Source: a virus (taxonomy: Duplodnaviria > Caudoviricetes). Taken from it: a stretch of 64,000 bases of DNA. The notes beneath the pieces were generated by a model that was given only the letters and a program-made list of their open reading frames with translations, did not search any database and was not told where the DNA came from. A program made the translations under genes and the position numbers. This document shows, one piece after another, positions 55,535 to 63,554 of the stretch (within the stretch, counting starts at the first letter, position 1; each line of letters opens with the position of its first letter). The stretch lies in IMG/VR virus record IMGVR_UViG_3300037418_002577, positions 1 to 64,000 of that record, one strand, 5' to 3'.

Positions 55535-55860
55535 CTTTTACCGCTGAAAAGAACTTGAGGCCCTCTAAAGGGGCCGGTTGTGCTGGGTTAAATCCTCCCC
55601 AGTGAAAAGGTCGGATTGTGAAAGCAGCTTCCGCACGGCGGTTTCCCAGGCAACGGGCAGGTAGTTGATCCTGCGTCGAGAGATACGTCCTGGTCCAAAT
55701 GTGATAACGCGAACAAAAAGCTGCAGCGAAGCGATCGAGGCCCTTTCCTCACAGACAGCCAACAAGAACTGATCGAACGCAAGAGACGAGGGACACCTGG
55801 ATTCTTGGGCTAAAGCCCTAAGGATCACAGGGGAATCTCGCATGGGATAACGAGTTTTTA
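55535..55860 (+). ncRNA. Hairpin-dense non-coding region (candidate structured RNA; strand uncertain)
   Basis: Many stems read by eye, e.g. GCAGCT/AGCTGC, CCAGG/CCTGG, GCAGG/CCTGC, CCTGGATTCTTGGGC/GCCCTAAGGATCACAGG, CTCG/CGAG. Confidence 0.4.
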
Positions 55861-55872
55861 CAGGCCATAGAA

Positions 55873-56457
55873 ATGAACCAAACCGACATCCGCGCCCTGT
55901 TCGTCCGAGAGTGGCACATTGTCATCGGCGGCTTCCAGCAAGACCTCGGGACTTACTCGGGAATGCGTCACGTCTGGCGGGGCCTGCACCGTTTCGCGGG
56001 GGACGAGATTGCGGTGGTGTTCTACCCCTGGCGCGCGGACTGGAAGCAACTGGCCGAGTTGATCTCTCAGATGCGGCCCGCGGACGGGAAGCCGGTGGTC
56101 AAGATTTACGCTTACTCTTGGGGCTGTGGGCACGGCTTCACGAAACTGGCGGCCGAGCTCGGTAAGCGAAACATCGACGTGGCAGCCGCTGTCTTGTCTG
56201 ACCCGGTGTTCTACTCGTCGTTCCTGTCGACGCGGTTTCTGGCGTTCGCTCCGAACTGGCCGATCCGCGTCCCGGAGACAGTGAGGCATGTCGAGGTGTT
56301 CCGGCAGAACTTTGAGTTGCTGCGTGGGCATCGGCTGGCGTGGAACCCGGAGACGACCACGGTGGTTGAGCACGTTCCGCCCGCGCACATTTCGCACACG
56401 GAGATGGACGATCTCCAGGCGTTCTGGGATCGGTGCCAGGAAATCGCGAAGGAATAG
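55873..56457 (+). CDS. Alpha/beta-hydrolase (esterase/cutinase-like)
   Basis: Nucleophile elbow YAYSWG, LSDPV, ISHTEMD as candidate Ser-Asp-His triad. Confidence 0.7.
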   Translation: MNQTDIRALFVREWHIVIGGFQQDLGTYSGMRHVWRGLHRFAGDEIAVVFYPWRADWKQLAELISQMRPADGKPVVKIYAYSWGCGHGFTKLAAELGKRNIDVAAAVLSDPVFYSSFLSTRFLAFAPNWPIRVPETVRHVEVFRQNFELLRGHRLAWNPETTTVVEHVPPAHISHTEMDDLQAFWDRCQEIAKE

Positions 56458-56467
56458 CGAGGAAATC

Positions 56468-57550
56468 ATGCGGCGAATGAAACGAGATTCGATCGAGGTG
56501 CTGCTGTGGTGCGGGCTGGGGGCCTTCATTGCGATCTGGATGCTGACGATCAGCGCGGTCAGCGCGAAGGGGGCCGAGAGCGGTTCCCATGCGGCGTCGA
56601 CGGTGATCGTGCGGCAGAAGGTGCGGTCGTGCTTCCAGGGGCAAGCCTGCAGCGAGACGGCGGAGTCGGGGACCGGCACGATCATCGGCACAGTCGATGG
56701 AGATCCCAACCATTACGTGGTCGTCACGGCCCGGCACTGTATCGATAAGGGGCCGGTGTCGGTGCGGACGGCGGACGGCTGGTTCCCGATCGAGAGCAAG
56801 CGGCTGCATCCGTCGCTCGATTGCGGCTTCGTGACGTTCTACTCGAAGCGCTCGTACCCGATTGCGGCGGTCGATGAGTCGGATCCGGCTGTGGGCGAGT
56901 CCGCGAGTTGGCTCGGTTATCCGCGGGACAACTGGCTGCGAAATTCCTCCGGGTCGATCGAGTCGATCAACGGCAACATCCAGATCACCGGGCGGTCGCT
57001 CCACGGCGAGAGCGGCGGCGGCGTTTACGTGCGGGGTTGCTTGTGCGGGGTGGTCTGGGGGACGGACGATCGAAGTTGTTTCGCAACGCCGTTCGGCCCG
57101 TTCTGCCGCTGGGTCCGGAGGGAGCGGTATGCGATCCGATTCGGCGGCGAGGTTCCGCCTCCGCCCTCAGTTGCCGAGAAGCCGGTGCCTCTGCCCCTGC
57201 CTGCGAAGCCGGTGAACGCGACCGATTTGACGCCGGTCCTTTCGGTGTTGGAGACGATCAGCGCGCGGTTGACGCTGCTCGAATCGCGGCCGGCGGCGGC
57301 TGGCCCCCCGGGCGAGCGTGGTCCTCCGGGGCTCCGCGGCGAGCCCGGCCCGGCTGGTCCGGCGGGTCCGGCTGGATCGAGTGCATCCTCGGCGGCCGAG
57401 TTGGCCGAGTTGCGGCGGCGGCTAGGGAAGCTCGAGAGCACAGAGATCCCCGTCCATATCCTGAATCCCGACGGCAGCGTGAAGCTGTCGAAGAGTGTCC
57501 CGTTGGGGCAGCCGATCGAATTCCGGTTGCTGCCCGTGGCGAGTGAGTGA
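56468..57550 (+). CDS. Exported trypsin-like serine protease with collagen repeat and coiled coils
   Basis: N-terminal hydrophobic segment; VVTARHC, LDCGF, HGESGGG; nine Gly-X-Y triplets. Confidence 0.85.
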   Translation: MRRMKRDSIEVLLWCGLGAFIAIWMLTISAVSAKGAESGSHAASTVIVRQKVRSCFQGQACSETAESGTGTIIGTVDGDPNHYVVVTARHCIDKGPVSVRTADGWFPIESKRLHPSLDCGFVTFYSKRSYPIAAVDESDPAVGESASWLGYPRDNWLRNSSGSIESINGNIQITGRSLHGESGGGVYVRGCLCGVVWGTDDRSCFATPFGPFCRWVRRERYAIRFGGEVPPPPSVAEKPVPLPLPAKPVNATDLTPVLSVLETISARLTLLESRPAAAGPPGERGPPGLRGEPGPAGPAGPAGSSASSAAELAELRRRLGKLESTEIPVHILNPDGSVKLSKSVPLGQPIEFRLLPVASE

Positions 57551-57603
57551 GCCTGCCGGTTGTCCGGTGGGCCTGTTTTTGTTTCTGACGAAAGGACTGA
57601 ATC

Positions 57604-57864
57604 ATGGCTGTTGTTGACCTTCCCGAAGCTGTCGCGAGCGCCCTGCAGACGCACACGATGAACGGTGCGGCGCGGCAGGAGAACTCCGCCCGGTCGTTCA
57701 CGGAGATGCTCCAGCATCAATACGCGAGCGGCCTGACGTTCCGCGATGCCGTCGCGGCCCGTATCGCCCTTGAGTCGGGCAGCGGGCGGACCCGCGCCGA
57801 AACCAACGCGCCGAACGATACCTCGGCCGGTGGTTCCGGGACGACCCCCAAGGCTCCGGTGTAA
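57604..57864 (+). CDS. Hypothetical protein
   Basis: RBS AAAGGA. Confidence 0.65.
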   Translation: MAVVDLPEAVASALQTHTMNGAARQENSARSFTEMLQHQYASGLTFRDAVAARIALESGSGRTRAETNAPNDTSAGGSGTTPKAPV

Positions 57865-58166
57865 TGGCGAGCTTGGAAGCGGAAATGCGGTCGGCCGCAG
57901 TCGAGGCCGACTTGTCGATCGCACTTTCGGCCGCCCTGCAGGGGGCGTATCTCCTTGATACGCTTCCTGCGGACGCGGGCGCGCCGACTCATACGGCAGC
58001 GATCATCACCAAACAAGCGGAGGGGGCGCTGGCAGAATATGAACGACTCTCGAGACTCACTGCTGACTCCCGCCGAGAGACTGACGCATGGGCACACTCT
58101 GATGATGCTGGGGCACGCGCACTCGACGCTGGCACAGAATCGCCGGATGGTGGCCAACCAGAATGA
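57864..58166 (+). CDS. Hypothetical helical protein overlapping the next ORF
   Basis: TAATG coupling to upstream stop. Confidence 0.4.
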   Translation: MASLEAEMRSAAVEADLSIALSAALQGAYLLDTLPADAGAPTHTAAIITKQAEGALAEYERLSRLTADSRRETDAWAHSDDAGARALDAGTESPDGGQPE

Positions 58167-58524
58167 CGTCGCGCTGAAGGCGATGGGCGGCGAATCAACC
58201 CACGGATCGGAGCCGGGAGTGGATGAAATGCTCGTCCTGGGGAATTACAACGTGACGCAGCAGTTGCACCCGTCGGCGGTTTCGGCTCCATCGCCGTCCG
58301 CCCCTGGGCCAGCCAATTCCAAACTCGGGACGCTGGCCAAGCTCGGGGTCGGAGCCGCGCTCCTGGCGACCGGGATCGGCGGCGGGGTTGGCGCGTCGTT
58401 GATCTTCAGTGCGTTGACGCAACGGCCATCGAATCCGCCGGTCGTGCGCCCCGTCCCCAAGCAATCGCAAACCCTGTTCGATCTGGACTTCGGTCCCGAG
58501 GTTGTTCCGCCTCCGCCGAGATGA
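58040..58524 (+). CDS. Membrane protein with Gly-rich C-terminal TM segment
   Basis: LGVGAALLATGIGGGVGASLIF. Confidence 0.6.
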
Positions 58525-58595
58525 ATCCTTTCGAGGGGCTGGTCCGCTTGGCACGATGCCGCGGGCCGGCCTTTTTCTATTCGAGGAGTAAAGCC

Positions 58596-59687
58596 ATGCC
58601 CATCCGCCTGATCGTGATTTCTGCATCCGCACTATTGTCGCTGTGTCTGATCGGATGCAATGACGAGTCTTGCCCCCCCAACATGGAAGAGATCGCGCGG
58701 AGTAGCTGTGGCGATGGTCGTAGTGATTATCAGTGCTGGCCTGGAACTGATCGGAACCGTGACGGCGAGCGTTTTTGGTATGACAATTTTGGACAACGGC
58801 TCTACTTCAGCCGCGGGAGAGTCTGGAGGCAATGTTGCGGAACTCGGGGATGGAACGCCAAGGGCAATCCCCACCGAAACAATGTCACGCTACTTAAGAA
58901 GCCGTTTCGCTATAACCCCACAAGGATCCCAGCCATGCCTATCCGCCCGACGCTCGTATTCGCCCTCCTGTGCGTGCCCGCCGCCGCGGACGACACAATC
59001 CCCGCCCCGGCGAAGTACGGCACGCCAGACGCGGCCTATGCAACGCACGGGGGCTATCTCTCGGCGTTCGATCCGCGGACCCGCAACCCGCGTTGGGTGC
59101 TCGAGCGAATCGACCGGACGTCGCTGCGGAATGTGGTCAAGCGAGACACGGAGAAGTTCCGCCCCGATTCGTCCCTGCCGGCCGTGTTCCGCGTGGACGA
59201 CCGCGATTACCTGCGGAGCCAGTGGGACCGCGGGCATCTGGCGGCCGCCGCAAATCACCTCGCCAGCCAGGCGGACCTGGACAGCACGTTCCTGTTCTCG
59301 AACACGATGCCGCAGTCCGCCCCCTGCAACCGTGGGATCTGGGCGCGGCTCGAAGCGGAGATCCGCGACCTCGCCGAGCAAGAGGACGTTGGCGCCGTGT
59401 TCGTGCTGACGCTGCCGCTGTGGAGCGCCGGGCCGGATGGGATGGTGCGGCATGCGGTCATCGGGCCACATCGGGTGTTCGTGCCGACGCATTGCGGGAA
59501 GTCGGTCCTGATCGAGCGCGGCGACCGCTTGGAACTGCGGGCCTGGATGGTGCCGAACCTGGACTGCGGCAGCCTGGAGACGCATCACTTCCGCTGCCCG
59601 GTCGATCTGCTGGAGTCCGAGGCCGCGCTCGACTTCTGGGCGGCCCTGGAGGACAGCGAAGAAGCGGAGTTGGAAGCCGTCAAATAG
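58596..59687 (+). CDS. DNA/RNA non-specific (NucA/Serratia-type) endonuclease; lipoprotein-like long form, second start at 58935
   Basis: RNPRWVLE, WDRGHLAAAAN, FLFSNTMPQ...NRGIWARLE, VPTHCGK; lipobox LIGC. Confidence 0.85.
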   Translation: MPIRLIVISASALLSLCLIGCNDESCPPNMEEIARSSCGDGRSDYQCWPGTDRNRDGERFWYDNFGQRLYFSRGRVWRQCCGTRGWNAKGNPHRNNVTLLKKPFRYNPTRIPAMPIRPTLVFALLCVPAAADDTIPAPAKYGTPDAAYATHGGYLSAFDPRTRNPRWVLERIDRTSLRNVVKRDTEKFRPDSSLPAVFRVDDRDYLRSQWDRGHLAAAANHLASQADLDSTFLFSNTMPQSAPCNRGIWARLEAEIRDLAEQEDVGAVFVLTLPLWSAGPDGMVRHAVIGPHRVFVPTHCGKSVLIERGDRLELRAWMVPNLDCGSLETHHFRCPVDLLESEAALDFWAALEDSEEAELEAVK

Positions 59688-59730
59688 CCGGCGCGTAGCC
59701 GTCAAATGAAACCCCAAGTTGGAGTCTGGA

Positions 59731-60201
59731 ATGGAATGCGTTCTCTTGTTTGCGGCAGGCGTGGGCTTCGTTTGTTTCTTGGTCACTTTGACCTACTTGG
59801 AATGGTGGGGGCAGTCACATCGTCGCGATGAGAGGCAGGCAACGGCAGACGCCTTCCGTGCGGAATGCGACGAGGTCATGGAGTTTTGCGACGAGATTCA
59901 GGCCAGCTGGAAGCGGTGTGCTGCCGAAAAGCCCGCGCCCGGAAACATGCTGATGTGGACGGAGCAAAAGACCGGCGAAAACTGGCCATTAAGGTTTCAG
60001 GCCGACCACCCCGCGGGCTCGCATTTTTATCAAGTTGATGCGTCGTACGACGATGACGGGAAGGTGGCATACTGGAGCGCGGAGTACGTCGACAGACACT
60101 GGCTAACCCACCGAATGAGGATCGCGGACACCGACTTCGAGTCCTGCATTTTGGCCTGCGAGCGGCACGCGGCCTACTGCCTCGAACATCCGGTTCCGTG
60201 A
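59731..60201 (+). CDS. Membrane-anchored hypothetical protein
   Basis: N-terminal TM VLLFAAGVGFVCFLVTLTYL; RBS GGAG. Confidence 0.6.
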   Translation: MECVLLFAAGVGFVCFLVTLTYLEWWGQSHRRDERQATADAFRAECDEVMEFCDEIQASWKRCAAEKPAPGNMLMWTEQKTGENWPLRFQADHPAGSHFYQVDASYDDDGKVAYWSAEYVDRHWLTHRMRIADTDFESCILACERHAAYCLEHPVP

Positions 60202-60208
60202 AAAAGAC

Positions 60209-60237
60209 GTGACATCCGCCCGTAGCCCGCGTATAGT
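60209..60237 (+). promoter_or_regulatory. Moron promoter
   Basis: GTGACA-N17-TATAGT. Confidence 0.6.
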
Positions 60238-60275
60238 GGGGGCAGGTTTACCCCAAGTCACCTGCCGAGGCAAAC

Positions 60276-61106
60276 ATGATCAAGACACCAACGAGCACAT
60301 TGGCACTTTTCGCCGTGGTCCCGCTCACGCTTTACATGCTGTTCACGATAAACAGCGATGGTGGCCTCCAGTTATCCGAACCCGACGAGTCGATCGGCCT
60401 TCATCAGAGCGCGATCGACGCGGCTTTTCTGGAGCACGAGCAAGCAAGCCAAAGGAAACCGACAGATCCGAAGCAGCCGATAACGCGTGTAGTCACCCTA
60501 GGAAAAGTAACAAGGAACGGACACATGGCAACTGAGAGTCATTTCGCCGGCCACGCCGAAAACAGCGCATCCGGCGGCGCAAGTGCGTGGTCTTCTACCA
60601 TCGACGCCCCGTCTTCGATGTCCGCCGAAGATGAAAACTGGATGACCTGTAGTCTCGACAACAACGCGGCCAGCCAAACGATCGTCGCGAATACGTTCGG
60701 GTTTGCGATCCCGACTGGCGCGATCATAAACGGGATCGAGGTTTCGTGGCGTCGCATGGAGAACAACTCGGGCGGCATCCACATCTTCGACAACAACATT
60801 GATGTCAGTAGCCCTTCAGTCGGAGCGACCGGCGGACGGGCGGACGCTGCGGAATGGGCTGATGCCTTCTCGGCGCAATCCTACGGCGGGCCAACCGATC
60901 TCTGGGGTGCGTCATGGACCGCAGAGGACATTAACGATCCGCTATTTGGGTCGTCGCTTTCTTGCCGCGACGTCGGCGGATCGCTCGGAACAGCCCAAGT
61001 CGACGCCTGCGTAATCACGGTGTATTACGATGAGGCGGCGCCGGTCGACCCCGTTGAACTCCGCGCTGGATCGCAGACGATGTCGGGATGCTTCAGCCAG
61101 CCGTAG
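60276..61106 (+). CDS. Moron: membrane-anchored beta-sandwich surface protein (internal start 60525)
   Basis: N-terminal TM; FGFAIPTGAIINGIEV...YGGPTDLWGASWT motif; own promoter and terminator. Confidence 0.65.
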   Translation: MIKTPTSTLALFAVVPLTLYMLFTINSDGGLQLSEPDESIGLHQSAIDAAFLEHEQASQRKPTDPKQPITRVVTLGKVTRNGHMATESHFAGHAENSASGGASAWSSTIDAPSSMSAEDENWMTCSLDNNAASQTIVANTFGFAIPTGAIINGIEVSWRRMENNSGGIHIFDNNIDVSSPSVGATGGRADAAEWADAFSAQSYGGPTDLWGASWTAEDINDPLFGSSLSCRDVGGSLGTAQVDACVITVYYDEAAPVDPVELRAGSQTMSGCFSQP

Positions 61107-61124
61107 GCCCGGCCGATCAACCCC

Positions 61125-61154
61125 AGCCCCGGCGCAAAACGCCGGGGCTTTTTT
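61125..61154 (+). terminator. Intrinsic terminator
   Basis: AGCCCCGGCG-CAAAA-CGCCGGGGCT-TTTTT. Confidence 0.85.
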
Positions 61155-61272
61155 CATGCGCATCCGCGATGGAATCGAAGCTGGCGGATTCGGTCTGGTC
61201 GATTGAGCGGCTGCTGCCGGAAGTGGCTATGTAACTGCGGTTGCCTTGCGGCTGAGTCCCCGCATTCGGACA

Positions 61273-61379
61273 ATGAAAACGCCACCAGCGATCAACTGGT
61301 GGCGTTCGGTGTTCCCTCTGGCCGAGAGAACCATGCCAATCGGTAACAGCATGGTACGGCTCCCGGCGTGGATCGTCAA
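61273..61379 (-). ncRNA. Putative ~70-nt antisense small RNA with promoter and terminator
   Basis: Minus strand TTGACG-N17-TACCAT (61379-61351), then 11-bp hairpin AACGCCACCAG/CTGGTGGCGTT plus TTTT. Confidence 0.45.
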
Positions 61380-61392
61380 TCGGGAGTTGTCA

Positions 61393-61974
61393 ATGTCGAA
61401 ATGTAGCGAATGCGGGTTACTGATGTTTCGGGATACCACAACATGCAAGCCCGAATCCGCAGATGAGCGTACAAGAGAAAGCGGAGTCCTCAAGAGAAAC
61501 GGCACCGCATTCCCCTTAACATTTTTGTGCCTTGCCAATTCGCCGAGTTTTTGCCGAAAGCAGCCGGAGAGCCCGAAGCAATCTGCTGTAGAATCAATAA
61601 ACAAAGAAATCGAGTGCGATTCCTTTGTGAAATGGATTCCAGCAAAATCGGCTCAGGAACACGAAGACATGACCATTCTCGAAAAAGTGCGAGAAGAGAA
61701 TCGCCGTGCACAGGAGCAAATGCGTGCCGAGCAGCTAGCAGTGAAGAAGGAAGCCGACGAACGGTATGCCGAAGAACGTCGCCACAAGGCAGAAGATCGC
61801 GAACGCGCAAGGCGAGCAGAAGAGCGAGCAGAAAAATCTGAATTGCGGGCGGATGAGTTGGCGAAGAGCGTCAGGCTTCAGAGATGGGGAATTGCGCTAT
61901 CCGTAGTAATATCCGCAGCGCTCGCCATCAAGGCAGTTGTAGAATGGATCGGTTCCGCAGCAACACAGTCGTAG
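61393..61974 (+). CDS. Cys-motif, coiled-coil, C-terminal TM protein
   Basis: CSEC start, E/R-rich helix, WGIALSVVISAALAIKAVVEW; RBS GGGAG. Confidence 0.65.
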   Translation: MSKCSECGLLMFRDTTTCKPESADERTRESGVLKRNGTAFPLTFLCLANSPSFCRKQPESPKQSAVESINKEIECDSFVKWIPAKSAQEHEDMTILEKVREENRRAQEQMRAEQLAVKKEADERYAEERRHKAEDRERARRAEERAEKSELRADELAKSVRLQRWGIALSVVISAALAIKAVVEWIGSAATQS

Positions 61975-61992
61975 GACAGTACCGAGATTTGA

Positions 61993-62199
61993 ATGTGCCG
62001 ATTCATCAAGTATCGCGATTCCCACACCGGCGAAACGGTTTACGTCAACTTGACGTCTGTGACCGAAGCCAAGTACAGCGAACAAGACAACCGCCTTGAG
62101 GTCACGATCGGCAATCCCATCGGTGAATGCCGCACAGCGATTCTCCGCGGCAAGGAAGCCGAGCAGGCCAAGGCGGCTTTGGACGGCATCTGCAAATAA
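61993..62199 (+). CDS. Small hypothetical protein
   Basis: GETVYVNLTSV motif; followed by terminator-like hairpin 62201-62225. Confidence 0.6.
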   Translation: MCRFIKYRDSHTGETVYVNLTSVTEAKYSEQDNRLEVTIGNPIGECRTAILRGKEAEQAKAALDGICK

Positions 62200-62234
62200 G
62201 CCACGGGACAGCGCCGGGGCTTTTTCGTGCGAGG

Positions 62235-62393
62235 CTACTCTCTCGGCGGAAACACCAGGAAAGCAAACGGACCGAGCCAGATCGAGAGCCGCCACATTCC
62301 GGCCGGATAGCCCCGCATGATCGGCGCCGCCACGCCCAGAATGGCCCAGCCGAATCCCACGACAGTCGCTATAAACCCTAAGAATTCCTGCAT
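62235..62393 (-). CDS. 52-aa two-TM membrane protein (below ORF-track cutoff)
   Basis: Translated by hand: MQEFLGFIATVVGFGWAILGVAAPIMRGYPAGMWRLSIWLGPFAFLVFPPRE; RBS AGAGAGGG. Confidence 0.65.
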   Translation of the reverse strand: MQEFLGFIATVVGFGWAILGVAAPIMRGYPAGMWRLSIWLGPFAFLVFPPRE

Positions 62394-62419
62394 TTACGGC
62401 CCTCTCTGAAAACAGAACC

Positions 62420-62491
62420 AAAGGTTGCCCCAAAGGTCAACCCAAAGGTGCAGATAAAGGTGCCCCTAAAGGTGCCCCTAAAGGTCAGTAA
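62420..62491 (+). repeat. Six AAAGGT motifs at exact 12-bp period, intergenic
   Basis: AAAGGT at 62420, 62432, 62444, 62456, 62468, 62480. Confidence 0.9.
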
Positions 62492-62739
62492 GTCTGAAAT
62501 CAGTTTCTGATATTATTTCCGCCTTCGCAATTGGTAGATATCCCGAACAACAGGTTGTGGTCGAGCCAGCGAGCGAGGCTGGATTTTGTATCTTGTAAAC
62601 ACCCGTTCATGTGGTAATCTGGTCTCATTCGGATCAAGGAATGATCAACCCGCCACCGGCGCAGAGCCGGACGAACGCTGCCCCGGAAACCAACTGCGGC
62701 CATGACAGGCCAAAGGGCGGCCTTGCAGGAGAAACCTGC

Positions 62740-62985
62740 ATGCGACACGTCAAACTCACCCATCGCCAAGCCGCCGTTCTGAGCTATATCCGCTCCACTG
62801 CTCGTCTCCGCGGCCGGCCCCCGTCCCTTCGCGAGATCGCCCGCCACTTCGGGATCGCATCCACCAATGGCGTCGGATGCCACCTGCTGGCGCTCCGTCG
62901 CAAGCGGGTGCTGACCTGGAAGGTGGACGATTCCCGCACGCTGCAGCCGGCGATCACCCTCCCTTTCGGCGGGGACGTTGGCTGA
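62740..62985 (+). CDS. Stand-alone LexA-like DNA-binding wHTH (no peptidase domain)
   Basis: LTHRQAAVLSYI...GRPPSLREIARHFGIASTNGVGCHLLAL; RBS CAGGAG. Confidence 0.85.
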   Translation: MRHVKLTHRQAAVLSYIRSTARLRGRPPSLREIARHFGIASTNGVGCHLLALRRKRVLTWKVDDSRTLQPAITLPFGGDVG

Positions 62986-63365
62986 CTCTTGAGCCAAATT
63001 CCGCGCTCGTCAGCCGTTTTTGGTTTTCTCAGCGGGGCGCGCCGTCAAAGTCATAAGTAATCGTGCTGATATCACTTACGAATACAAAGAAGTGTTCTCT
63101 GATGCCGCTTAAGTGCAAAACCTCAATCGGCAGCAGATATACCAATTGAAATCGATATTTACCCATGTGTAGATTGGCAAACATCAGGGATTCTACCATG
63201 ACTTCTCACGTGGTCCCCGAAGCGTTCTCCGAGCGTTGCAGGATGCAAATCTCGTTAAACACTCGCGAATAGACCGGCGCGTAGCGTCCGGCAGGCGATT
63301 GCCATGCCCGCCAAAAAACTTCGTCACGGAAGACAGCGTGGTGTGTTCGGTAAGGATTCGGCACG

Positions 63366-63554
63366 ATGTCGCAAATCGAATCGAATGTCGGGAAAACGGT
63401 AATTTTGTTTCGTGTCCTTGATCGGGATGGCATGGTTCTGGCAGACTTGCTGCCAGAGCGTGCCGCGAAGGTCAGTTGCGAAACATGGGAGCGGCACGAA
63501 CCGGAGCTTGGCGTCCGGGCGGTTCCCGTGCGGTGGCAAGAGGTAACGAGATGA
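63366..63554 (+). CDS. Small hypothetical protein coupled to integrase
   Basis: Stop overlaps integrase ATG (ATGA). Confidence 0.55.
   Translation: MSQIESNVGKTVILFRVLDRDGMVLADLLPERAAKVSCETWERHEPELGVRAVPVRWQEVTR

Noticed and set aside
55428-55547. 39-aa plus-strand ORF (MRSKERK...LGGIITLLGYVCKNFYR) as a type I toxin
   Set aside because: Weak RBS, short hydrophobic run, and it spans the promoter and terminator sequences; likely incidental, though testable by Ribo-seq
55565-55843. 92-aa minus-strand ORF
   Set aside because: No RBS or family features; the tract is better explained as non-coding structure
54915-55860. Group I intron with homing endonuclease
   Set aside because: No clear P7 R/S elements and no interrupted host gene on either side
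61246-61392. N-terminal extension of the 61393 gene
   Set aside because: TTG start lacks an RBS; a good RBS precedes ATG 61393; the segment holds promoter and hairpin signals
62420-62491. Mini-CRISPR or coding KGxP repeat
   Set aside because: Period only 12 bp; the KG-reading frame has stops at 62372 and 62489 and no start codon
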